A DNA stretch of 64,000 nucleotides, from positions 19,964,001 through 20,028,000 of the forward strand of contig OX597841.1 of NCBI GenBank assembly GCA_951406725.2. Reading direction: 5' to 3'. Each line of letters opens with the position of its first letter. Within the stretch, counting starts at the first letter, position 1. A program made the position numbers and the translations under genes. This stretch comes from Octopus vulgaris. Its lineage: Eukaryota. The notes beneath the pieces were generated by a model. That model was not told where the DNA came from, made no database searches, and saw only the letters and a list, made by a program, of their open reading frames with translations. Below, piece by piece: positions 42,760 to 54,487 of this stretch.

Positions 42760-44771
42760 TTATGATAGGTTTCTTTCAGTTTCCGTCTACCAAATTCACC
42801 CACAATGCTTTGGTCAGCTGTAGCAGAAGACACTGGCCCAAAATGTCACACAGTGCAACTGAACCCGGAACCCTGTGACTTGGAAGCAAACTTCTTACCA
42901 CACAGACCTACCTCTACCTAGACATATAAGGATATTCACAGCAGTCATCGTCATCATCATCATCATCATTTAATGTCTCTTTTCCATGCTGGCATGGGTT
43001 GGACCAACTGGCAATTCCAGGGGCCACACTTGGTTCCAAACTCTGCTTTGGCATGGTTTCTGCTGTTGGATGCCCTTCCTAATGCCAACCACCTTACAGA
43101 GTGGACTGAGTGCGTTGGATGCCCTTCCTAATGTCAATCACTCCACAGAGTTCACTGGGTGCTTTTACATGGCACTGCACAGGAGCTTTTATGGATCCTG
43201 CCACAAGTTCTTTACACCACCAAAAGAATTGATCTTAACACTTCTGCAGCAGAGTATGGATCTTCTGAAGTATGGCCAGGCACCAGGTATCTCGCTCCTT
43301 TATCTTCTCACCTGAAAGGTTCAGCTGAATATTATTCCTTGGTCTTTGTTTTTCTTGAAGTGTAATTCCCCGTATTGCATGGATATGCCAGACACCAAAG
43401 AATGACAGATGGAATGACCAGGTGTGTTGAAATGCTGACGCAACACAATTTGGTATATTTTAAGTCATTTATACCTGTCTATACCAGTTCTCTTTTGTTG
43501 TAGAAACGCTTGATATATATCCTTTCTACTATAGGCACAAGGCCTGAAATTGTGGGGGAGGGGGATAGTCAATTATATCAACGCCAGTGTGTAACTGGTA
43601 CTTAATTTATCAACCCTGAAAGGATGAAAAGTAAAATCAACCTCGGCAGAATTTGAACTCAGAACGTAGCAATTGGTGAAATACTGCTAAACATTTTACC
43701 TGGCATGCCAACGATTCTACCAGCTTGCTGCCTTATATATATATATATAACAGGCTTCTTTCAGTTTCCATCTACCAAATCTACTCACAAGGCTTTGGTC
43801 AGCCCAAGGCTATAATAGGAGACACTTGCCCAAGATTCCACGCAATGGGACTGAAACCGGAATCATTTGGTTGGGAAGCAAGCTTCTTACCACACAGCCA
43901 TGCTTGCATCTATAATGTCTGATATATAAAGTGTAGTGAATGTGCATGGCTTAGTGGTTAGGGTATCTGGCTGACAGTTGTGAGGTCATGAGTTCGATTC
44001 CCAGCTGTGAGCAAGACACTTTATTCCACATTGTTCCAATCCACTCAGCTGACAAAAAAGAGTAGAACTTGTAAATCAAAAGGGCCAGCCTTGTCACCTT
44101 CTGCGTCATGCTGAATCTCCCTCAGAACTACATTTAGGTTTCACATGTCTGAGGAGTACTCAGCCACTTACACGTTAATTTCATGAGCTGGCTGTTCCAT
44201 TGATCGAATCAACTGGAACCCTCATCCTTGTGACTGACAGAATGCCAATGTGTGTGTGTGTGTGTGTGTGAGGTCAGGAGTTCAATTGCTGGTGGCACAG
44301 TGTTTCCTTGAGCAAGACTCTTTATTTCATGTTACCACAGTCCGTTCAATTGGCAAAAATGAGTAGATCTTGTGTTTCAAAGGGGCCAGCCTTATCACAT
44401 TCTGTGCCATGCTGAATCTCCGTGAGAACTACGTTAAGGATATGCAGGTCTGTGGAGAACTCGGCCATTTGCACATTAATGTCAACTGGAACCTTCGTCA
44501 TTGTAACCAACAAAGTGTCAGTTAGTTACAGAATAGGGTTCAGGGTGAACAATATGAAGGAGATATTGTGAATGATTTTCTTTGGCTGATACGTTAAGCA
44601 TAGTTAATTTGTTAGAATTGTTAGAATTACAGGGATGTATGTATGCAAGCATGCATGTATATATATGTAAGTACGTATGTCTGTATATATGTATGTATGT
44701 AGATATATATGTCTGTCTTTCTGTATGTATGCATGCATGCATGAATACATGTATGTATGTATGTATGTATG

Positions 44772-45335
44772 TTTAGGTCAGGTCTTTTTCGAGTGCTACT
44801 GGTAACATGTAACCCAGAACAACCTGTTGCATGGTCGGGTCGTTGGCGACTAAACCGGCAACCCCACCAAGCTTGCTTGGTGAGGAGGGTGTTTATTGGA
44901 CACCCTGCGGGATGAAAAACAAAACCCGTCAAAGAGTGGAGGAACTCTTGAGAGTCAACAGCCATCCAATAAATAAATGTCTTAAGGCTGTATCATACGC
45001 GGGAACATAGAAATAATCGGACTGAATACCCAATCGCGTGGTTAAACCATTGGGAGTGAAGGACTCCTAGCCTTTGTTAGGGCATCCTTCTAGGAGAAGG
45101 TAACTCAGGTAACTGGGATAACTCCGACATAAAACCTGCGGCTCAGTGGTTACCGATGATGTTGACTTGTTCTTCTTTTCGGATTATGGCTGCTGTTGCT
45201 TAGTGAGTGGGATTGACTCAGTGCACAGCCTTTCCTCACTTTAAAAAAAAAATCTTCTTGCACAGGCATTGCACGATAACAACATTGATTAAGCTTCGTG
45301 CAATGGCCATACTCGATAACAAGGGGGCAGCCACC
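44772..45335 (+). mobile_element. Non-autonomous RTE-derived element (5'UTR-like part joined to a 3' end) in an (ATGT)n tract
   Basis: GTCAAAG..GGAGGAAC...GTCAAC.G.CATCCA motif typical of RTE 5'UTRs; no ORF; ends in (ATGT)n; diverged relative at 45607-46063. Confidence 0.6.
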
Positions 45336-45606
45336 ATGTATGTATGTATGTAATAATTATGTATGTATGTATGTATTTATGTATGTATGTATGTAATAAT
45401 TATATAAGTATGTATGTATGTATTTATGTATGTATGTATGTACGCTTGTATGTATGTATGTATGTATGTATGTATGTTTGTATGTATGTATGTATGTATG
45501 TATTTATGTATGTATGTATGCATGTATGCTTGTATTTATGTATGTATGTATGAATATGTATGTATGTAATAATTATGTATGTATGAATGTATGTGTGTAT
45601 GTATGT

Positions 45607-46063
45607 GTCAGGTCACCCCTAGAGTTCCTCTTTGCATGCAGCCCAATACAACTTCTCTCATGTTTGAACCATTGGTGACCAATTCAACAAGTCAACCAAA
45701 TCTTGGTTAGGAAAGTGGGTTTCGTTGGTCACCCGGCAGAAAACAAAACCTGTCAAAGGAGGGATGAACTGAGTAGCGTCAACGGTCATCCAACAGCCAG
45801 GAGTGGGAAACCTGTAGTCTTTGTCAAGACATCTCCCTACAAGGAAAACATTATGAAATAACATGCACCTCGTCACAAAGCCAGAGATCTTACACTTCCT
45901 TGTTTCTGGAATTCTTTGCTCTGTCGGTCAAAGTCTTAGCAGTGTTGTGCAAACTTTTAGTCTTTAACTCCAGCATGGGCATTGATGACAGCCATTGTCT
46001 TTAACATTCAAGGTAAGAGAATCTGTCAGTGATGGTCATACTCGTCTACGAGTTGACAGCTAG
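45607..46063 (+). mobile_element. Second, diverged non-autonomous RTE-derived element in an (ATGT)n tract
   Basis: Aligns by eye to 44772-45335 at both ends (AAAACAAAACC.GTCAAAG; ATGG.CATACTCG); (ATGT)n tail. Confidence 0.55.
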
Positions 46064-46079
46064 CATGTATGTATGTATG

Positions 46080-46545
46080 GAGTGGCCAAGTGGTCAGGGT
46101 GGAAGATAATCAAACGCCTTAGCAATTTCTGTATAATGAGTTAGCTGAGGGCAAAAGACAAAAGCATGAACCAAAGTTAAGATATGAGGACTGCATCAAG
46201 AATACAGGGGAGATGGTCAAAATCCCAGAAAATAGATGGGAAAATCTCACTATAGGTCATTCATTGTGGAGGAAAGCAGTGCATGATGAGGGAAGGGAAT
46301 TGAAAGAAAACTGTATCAGACATGAACAGCTCAAGAGAGATGTTTGTAAGAGTTTAATGTGAATTCACCTGAGTATGTTGAGTATGTTAAAACACAGTCC
46401 AGTCTAACATATAACAAGTGTGGGCGTATCTGTCTTAATAAGGCAGACCTTCGAAGTCACCCAAGCAAGAAACCTGTTAACCATGCATTATACAGAATCT
46501 CTACTTGCTGGGAGAACAGAAAAGAATGTGCATCAGAAAGCAAAC
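46080..46545 (+). mobile_element. Old RTE/BovB-type ORF2 C-terminal remnant
   Basis: LYNELAEG..K..PKLRYEDCIK...WE..T..HSLWRKAVH and CGRICLNKADLRSH zinc-finger-like segment, with stops. Confidence 0.6.
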
Positions 46546-46748
46546 TGATGAAGGGTCGTTCTTTATGTTACTTTTTTTGTTTTCTATTTGTTTCTTTTGT
46601 TGTTCACAAAAAAGTTTGTGTTCGTATTGCATGTTGTTTATGTTTATATACATACATATATACATCAGTATGTACATATATGTATGTTTATATGCCTATA
46701 TATATCTTTTATTGATATAATATGATTAAACGTCACGCACCCATTTCC

Positions 46749-46813
<65 letters not shown>

Positions 46814-47519
46814 TCATAGAGACCAAACCAATCCAAACTGGAGCCTGTGCAGCTCTCCAGCTTACCAGTTACAGTCAAACCATCCAACCCATGCCAGCAT
46901 GGACAATGGACACTAAATGATGATGATGGTGATGATGATGATGATGCATACAAGTGTGAGTATGTGATATGTCTGTGTGTGTGTGTGTGTGTGTGTGTAC
47001 AAGACAACCTCATAACAACAGACTAAATATGTAAATGGGGTAAGGTTGTAGACAGACAGAAGGTTGAATAGTGTTGTATATAGAGCCATAGAAACTAAGA
47101 GAACAGCCTGGTGGATAGAATGGAAGAAAGAGTGGGGCAAAGAACAATGTCAAGTAGCTGGAAGATAAGCCAGGCATCTGATATACTTAGCAAAGGGTGA
47201 AGTTTGATAAGAAGTGGACAGGTATCAGTTAATCCCGATTGCCAAATAGTATGTCAGTGTGAATTAAAATGTTGTTTGTGGAAAATGTGTTCGGGTTTAT
47301 AGTGGAACACATTTGGTCATTGAAACCTGAAAAAAGATAACACCATCCAATAGTTTGATTAATACCATGATATATATATGCACATATTTAAACATCCATA
47401 CATGCATATATGCATGCATGTATGTATATATATATACATATATATGTTCGATATGGTATAATTATAAACAGGGCAAATTTTAGCCATTTCTCCGCAGACT
47501 GAAAAAAAAGGATGAACAA

Positions 47520-47564
47520 CTTTAATCGATTTTCGAACCTTATTGGGATCTCATCAGAGGCATC
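47520..47564 (-). ncRNA. Hammerhead ribozyme motif, minimal type I, stem I decayed
   Basis: Minus strand: CTGATGA-GATCC-CAATAA-GGTTC-GAA-AATCGATT-A; intact core and palindromic stem III. Confidence 0.6.
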
Positions 47565-47650
47565 TGCATCATTGAGTCAGCCATTGATTCATATGATAAA
47601 TACTATATACTGACAGTTGGGATTTAGCCAAACCATCCAGTGATGGAGTA

Positions 47651-47701
47651 GTCACCACTGATGAGCTTTAATTTTAAGTGAAACTAGACAAGTATGGTGA
47701 T
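47651..47701 (+). ncRNA. Hammerhead ribozyme, minimal type I, apparently intact
   Basis: Stem I GTCACCA/TGGTGAT; core CTGATGA; stem II GCTT/AAGT; GAAA; stem III (A)CT-AGACA-AG(T); GUA triplet with predicted cleavage after 47694. Confidence 0.8.
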
Positions 47702-47704
47702 TTC

Positions 47705-48261
47705 ACCCCTATCTTGCCCAGGATATCAATTGTCTGGAAGCTGTTCAGCGACATGCAACCAAAAGAATACCTTCCATCAGGCATTTGCCATATCCTGAAC
47801 GCCTTACTTCCCTGGGCATGGACACATTGAAACTCCAACGTCAGGCAGCTGACTTGGCAGACACCCATAAAGTAATTAACCATCTTACAAACAATAACTC
47901 TGAGCACCTTTTCAAACTCCACCCGTATAACACCTGTGGACATATTTACAAAGTCAGAAAACAGTACAGCTCCCATGACTTCAGGAAACATTTTTTCACG
48001 CTGAGAGTTGCTGAAGCATGGAACAAACTGCCGGCATCAGTTGTTAGTTGTCGGAGCACTGCATCCTTCAAAACTTCCATGCTTTATGAGATTCGCCAAC
48101 ACTACACCTGCTTTTCTCCTCTCCATACACACACAAGTATGTATCTGACTCATGCATTGTTCGCGTTCCAGACATTTGTACATTACTGCATATACTCTGA
48201 CAAGTTGTGGTGCACCTGAGCACTGTATACAATAATTTCATTATTATATTATTTTATTATT
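47705..48261 (+). mobile_element. CR1-like LINE 3' fragment inserted into the hammerhead-bearing element
   Basis: PYLAQDI..LEAVQR.ATK, YPERL..LG, FRKHFFTLRVAEAWNKLP; (ATT)n tail; probable TSD ATTTCACCC (47700-47708) / ATCTCACCC (48262-48270). Confidence 0.9.
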
Positions 48262-48494
48262 ATCTCACCCACTATGGGGCAGTCTTCTCCCTTGTCAATA
48301 CATTGATATGTATTGTGGCTCTAAGGGTTTTTAACTCACATTTCTATACAAAGGTGTGTAGCTACCTTTGTTAATTTATATATATATATATTGATAAAAA
48401 TGGTAAGACAACAAAAGAATGAAAGAGACCTCGATATTATGTAAATAGAAGAATTTATCTGTAAATAAATATGTGACAATTATTCAGTAGCCAT

Positions 48495-48555
48495 GATAAA
48501 ACTCCAAGTTTTGGATGTCAGGATAGAAACCCATGCTGCCATCTCTTCAGTTATC
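48495..48555 (-). ncRNA. Decayed hammerhead motif with long stem II
   Basis: Minus strand: stem I GATAA/TTATC; CTGAAGA; 13-bp imperfect stem II; C-AAAA in place of C-GAAA; stem III ACTTGGAGT; about 105 nt from a TA run. Confidence 0.6.
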
Positions 48556-49242
48556 CGGACATCGAAAAAATATATATATTTCTCCCACTTATATTATATA
48601 TACATATATATACAAGTGGGTGAAGGGAATGGAGTAACTAATTATGTACTACATACATTTCAAAGGAAACACCAAACAGAAGTTATGTAGCTTTAAGGTA
48701 TTACATAGATACTCAGTGTTCCTTCTCTTTGGGTGCTTTCCTACCTGATTTTCACCAGTTCATTGGTGATACCTAGGAATTATCTGTAGTACATAATTAC
48801 CTATTCCATTTATAATCACATAATTAGCATCTTTTGTTGCTCTCTACTGGACTTGTATAATGGCAGTCATTTTATCAAAATTTTCATTAACTTCAATATG
48901 AGACAAAGTGTATTGCATATGTTGAATGATAAACTCTATTGATTGAATATCATCTACTTTGTGCTATCTGTACAAGCCATGTTTATGCCTGAGGCTAACT
49001 AAATGTCTGTACCACAATCTTTTTGGATCCCACCACTCTATTATATATATAAGATTCGATGTAAGATTTTTTCCTCGACTTTTATAATTTCATATATATT
49101 TTTTTTTATATTTTATATTGAGCTCATTTTTGTTTATCGCTCAAATATGACTGTTATTTGAAAAGACCAATCAAACAAGTCCATTTTTAAAGGTGTAGCA
49201 TTTATACTAGTCGTGACAGAATTGGTTCTATTTTAACAAAAA

Positions 49243-49280
49243 CTGTCTGACGAACGGGAACGTGAAACTCCGAGTAACAG
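49243..49280 (+). ncRNA. Hammerhead ribozyme, minimal type I, apparently intact
   Basis: Stem I CTGT/ACAG; core CTGACGA; stem II ACG-GGAA-CGT (GNRA loop); GAAA; near-palindromic stem III ACTCCGAGT; GUA triplet with predicted cleavage after 49276. Confidence 0.85.
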
Positions 49281-49382
49281 ATTTTATTGAATTTCTGCTT
49301 CTTTTAAATAAAGCATATTACTCTACCCCTGGTATTTGAGTACTCTTTTTTCCACCTTGTTTCACATTTATGTGTTTACTCC

Positions 49383-49436
<54 letters not shown>

Positions 49437-50189
49437 TTCTTTTATTCTTTTACTTGTTTCAGTCATTTGACTGTGGCCATGTTGGACTATCATCTTTATT
49501 CAAAGAAATCAACCCACAACTTATTCTTTGTAAGCCTAGTACTTATTCTATCAATCTCTTTTGCTGAACTGCTAAGTTACAGGGACATAAACAAACCAAC
49601 ATCAGTTGTCAAGTGATGGTGTAGGGACAAACAGACACACAAATACCAGCACACAGACACACACATATATGCAACAGGCTTCTTTCAGTTTCCGTCTACC
49701 AAATCCACTGACAAGACTTTGGTCATCCCGGGACTACAGTAGAAGACACTTGCCCAAGGTGCCACGCAGTAGGACTGAACCTGGAACCATGTGGTTGGGA
49801 ATCAAAATTCTTACTACACAGCCACTCCTATATGTGTGTGTGTGTGTGTGTGTATGTGTGTGTGTGTGTGTGCGTGTGCATATATGGGTAGAGGACATCA
49901 CCAACTGTGTAAACAACATGAAATACGTAGACAAACGAGTCAAATAAGTAAACGTCAAGAGAAAAAATGAAAAACATGACAAGTAAAGAGAGAGAAAGAA
50001 GCCTTCATCAGTTGTTGGCTGTCAAACTCCTCCTCATTTTGAGCATCAGATTTTGGAAGAGATCACAGAGCAACATGAGATGAAGTGCTTTGCTCAAGAA
50101 CATAACACACTACCCTGTTTAGGAAGTGAAACCACAATCTTGCGATTGTGAGTACAACTCCCTAACCACTAAGCCATGCACACACACAT

Positions 50190-50226
<37 letters not shown>

Positions 50227-50303
50227 AATATATACACATATACAAATATATATGTATATATATACACACATATATACATGTATGTACATACATATAAATG
50301 TAT

Positions 50304-50332
<29 letters not shown>

Positions 50333-50339
<7 letters not shown>

Positions 50340-50602
50340 TGTTGTGTCTGGGGAGAGTCATTCACTTTTAGTGCCTTATTATGTAACATACTCACCAGTA
50401 AAATTTCCACTTATTTTGTCTTTTTATTTTCCTAAAATTTTCATTGCATCTTGCAACCTTTTCAATAGTCTTGACTCTTTTACCGGTGAGTGTGTTAAAT
50501 AATAAGGCACTAAAAGAGAATGACTCTCCCCAGACACAACAGAATATGCTTCAACACACAAACTCACATAAAGAATCTTGCAAACCAAATCCAAAAACGA
50601 AA
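50333..50602. mobile_element. TA-flanked element with ~70-bp inverted arms (50333-50403 / 50478-50547)
   Basis: ATTCTGTTGTGTCTGGGGAGAGTCATTC..GTGCCTTATT and its reverse complement; partial second copy at 56852-56908. Confidence 0.75.
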
Positions 50603-50979
50603 TATATATATACACACACACACACACATACATACATATGTATGTATGTATATGTATATATGTATAAAGCAAATAAGTGAGAAGGATGTCCAGGTCTCAG
50701 TGCATTACAGCGATTTTAAGTGGCTCCATTTAATCGATGAATGAAAATATCACATCAATTTAAAATAATCCGCTCACCTTGGATGCAGACAACCATATAG
50801 TTTTCCAACAAACAGGATAAACCATTATTTTTTAGCAAAATTTCATCAATACAAGAGACTTTGTTTCTCCTTGCTATTTTTGTGGCAGAATGAATTTAGG
50901 GAAGAAAATGTATATCTAAAGCCTGCTATAATTTAGAGTGACAGAGGAAAATAATGGGGTTCAAGGAAGAGGAATGGTG

Positions 50980-51725
50980 ATGTGGCTACATTTTGGGAGA
51001 AAAAACCCTGCGTCCACATACTCCCTCCACAACACTGATATCAAGAAATCCTTTTGCGAGTGTGACCTAGGCATCACTGTCAGCAGTGATTTGCGTTGGA
51101 CAAAGCATATCTCTAAAATTGTCAAGAAGGCCGAGGGTGTCTTGGCATCACTCAGCAAGATTTTTGTTAGCCGCTCTCCAGCCATCTATTTAAAACTGTA
51201 TACAGCTATGGTACGACCACACTTAGAATTCGCATCATCAGTTTGGAACCCCTATCTTGCTCAGGACATTCACCTCCTGGAATCTGTTCAGAGACGTGCA
51301 ACCAAACGCATACCCTCCATCAGACTCCTACCATATTCTGAGCGCCTTGTTTCCCTGGGCATGGATTCACTGAAGCTCCGGCGTCTGGCGAAGGACTTGG
51401 TAAACGGCCACAAAGTTGTCAACCACCTCACCAATAACAACACTGAACACCTTTTTGATCTCCATGTGTCTAACACACGTGGACATGACTACAAAGTCAG
51501 AAAACAACACAGCTCCCATGACTTTCGGAAACATTTCTTCACGCTCAGAGGTGCTGAAGCAAGGAATAAACTGCCTGCGTCAGTTGTTGACTGCCATGAC
51601 ACTGCATCCTTTAAGGCCCTCATGCTTTCCGAAATCCACCGAAACTACACCTGATTATATATACACTTTAGATGAGTTGTAGTGCACCTGAGCACTGTAC
51701 ACAATGTTTATTATTATTATTATTA
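50980..51725 (+). mobile_element. CR1-like LINE 3' fragment (open ~225-aa RT C-terminus)
   Basis: DLGITVSSDLRW..HI, LYTAMVRPHLEFASSVWNPY, LESVQRRATK, TRGH.YK, FRKHFF; (ATT)n tail. Confidence 0.93.
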
Positions 51726-53052
51726 TCTTTATCACATTCAAAAGACTTAATGCAGCATGCTGTCTACAACCCCTTAGAATTGGGAATTGACAGTTCTTGT
51801 TGGTGGTGAAAAATTAATTAATGTCAGATATTCTTACCTGCACCCCCCCACCCCCCGCTATATTGCTGGGACCATATATCCAGCCCTTATCTACATAAAA
51901 GGATATGTCTCAGAGTTGCTAGTAATATAATGAGGGATAGAGAAAAGGTGATAAACAGAAAGAGGAAGGACAGGGGAGGCTAAACAAATTATGATTATCG
52001 ATTAAAAGGGGCATAAATTGGAAACCAAAAGGGGTCAAAATGAGTTCTAAGTGTAGGAATTAAAAGTGAGCATAATTGGGTGTATCCTAATTTAACAAAA
52101 TTTACATATTAGAAATTTAGAAAAGGTAAGTTGGGTACCTTAAAACATAAGAAACAGTTCACAAGGCATTTTCCTAGCATATGGCTAAGTTGGTCAAGCT
52201 CAGAGTAGGAGTACACAGTTTATATTGAATCAAAACCAGAGATTAAAGGCTAAAAAATAAGATAAATATTTCTATTTCAGGTAAACTTATTTAAAAAAAA
52301 AAAACTTGAAAAAAGTATTTTTATATAAGAATTTACCAACATTATGAAAAAACCATGAAAAGAGATATGAAGGTACAAAAATGCCATATATATATATATA
52401 TATATAATTTTATAGAGTTTATGAAATATATAGTTCAATTATAAATATAAATATCATATTGTATTATATTATGCCACGAGTTTTATGAAGAGAAGTTACC
52501 AACACCTCCACAATCCATAGAAATTATACCAATATATATGAGGGTATATAGATATATAAAAATAACAATAATGTAATATAAGATAAGAGAATAAACAAAA
52601 TAAAAACAAAAGAAAAGACAAGAAATTTTTGTATAAAATTTTAATAAAGAATTTACAAAAATGAAAAAATAAAACTAAAAATTTCACATTGCAAATGCCA
52701 TAAAATGTATAACAGATATAAAAAGGGATAAAAAATAACAAATGAGGGTAAGTTAAGGTGTGAATAACAAAAGCTAATTAAAAGATAAAGATACCACCAT
52801 TGGAAATGGTTTTATAAAATCTTTGTTAAAATATATTATTATAGACTTTACTATAGTATTTTATAGATTTAGTATTTCGTGAGTTCAAAAACCAGTGAGA
52901 TAATGTTACACACTACTCCTCCAGTCCACCCAGCAGGCAAAAGTGAACTGTACCTGTAATTCTCAAGGGCCAGTCTTGTATATATAAATTCTACAAAAGG
53001 ATATTTGCATTTACTTGTCATACCTGAGGATTTACCTGGGATCTGTACTTAC

Positions 53053-53117
53053 ATTTACTGGCGTCTAATTATTGAAATTAGGATTCAGCAAAAATTTGCT
53101 TCACCAGATACCGAAAT
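53053..53117 (-). other. Candidate exon (terminal coding exon ...FRYLVKQIFAES* or a non-coding exon)
   Basis: Acceptor TTTTAACTGCTGTTTCTAG| and donor |GTAAGTA 65 nt later; followed by ~1 kb of SINE-poor U-rich sequence resembling a 3'UTR. Protein not recognised. Confidence 0.4.
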
Positions 53118-53554
53118 CTAGAAACAGCAGTTAAAACCTACTTTTTATGTATAAGTTTACCGATAATCATTCTTTTAACATACCAAACTACTTGGTAAAA
53201 TTATTAATTATTAATTAATTAATTAATTTTACCCTTTATTATTATTATGGATATATATATATATATATATATACAAACACACACACACACACACGCATAT
53301 ATATACACACATATATGTCTGTACCTATGTGTAAGTATATGTGTATGTGTGTTTATATATGAGTATACAATATGCACACACACACACACAAATGTGTATA
53401 TGTTATTAAAAAACAAAATATGTGTAATTTGTGAGAAATGTGTTGAGTAAGAGTTTCTTTCACTTGTCCACTCGGTCTTGTTGTATAATCATCATAACCA
53501 GTGACTATCATCACCTCTTCTACCACAACCACAACTACTTCCACCACCACCACC

Positions 53555-53586
<32 letters not shown>

Positions 53587-53732
53587 CAACAACAACAACT
53601 TCAACAATAACACTAACACCTATTACTATTTAATCACTCAGGACAGATTAAGATAAACTAGATAAACACCAGGTCAAAATATGTGATGATATTTCATAGT
53701 TTATTACTTACAAACCCACCACCACCCACTCC

Positions 53733-53783
<51 letters not shown>

Positions 53784-54487
53784 GGAGGCCCGTGTTTCTA
53801 ACTCTACATAATTCTGTGTTCGGTGAGTGTTTGTGTGACGTTAACTACTTCAGATATGATTATTTTGCTGACCCTCTAAAAATACTCGTCCCATATTCAC
53901 AATAGAGAACTTCTTATCATATCCTATATCTGGGACAGTACAGCTGTTTCAAACACAAAGATACAAGACCGTGTTTCAATGATTCGGGTTCTTCTCTTGG
54001 ACCAGGAAATACCTCAGTTTTTGTCAGCTCACATATCAGATCTATGTGACAATATCTATGGTTTGTCCCCCACCACTGCTTAACAACAGGTGTTGGTGTG
54101 TTTACATCCCTGTAACTTAGTGGCTTGGCAAAAGAGACTGACAATATGTACCACGCTTTAAAAAAGTAAAATATCAAGTACTGGGGTTGATTCCTTTGAC
54201 TAAGTTTCTTCAAGGTGGTGCCCCAGTACACACAGATACACACACATACATACATACACACATACATACATACATACATACATACATGCATACATACATA
54301 TACATATACATATCCACACACACGCACACACACACACACAACAGGTGCCTTTCAGTTTTCATTCATCAAATCTACCTGCAAGCCCAAAGTTATAGAAGAC
54401 ACTTGCCTAAGGTGCCACACAGTGAGACTGAACTCTGAACCATGTGGTTGCAAAGCAAGCTTCTTACCACACAGCCATGTCTATATA

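Noticed and set aside
46540-50015. CTGATGAAGG motifs at about 46545 (+) and 50002-50011 (-) as hammerheads
   Set aside because: No downstream stem II-GAAA-stem III could be built.
50775-50900. Minus-strand donor CAAG|GTGAGC with a short open frame
   Set aside because: No convincing acceptor and no recognisable peptide.
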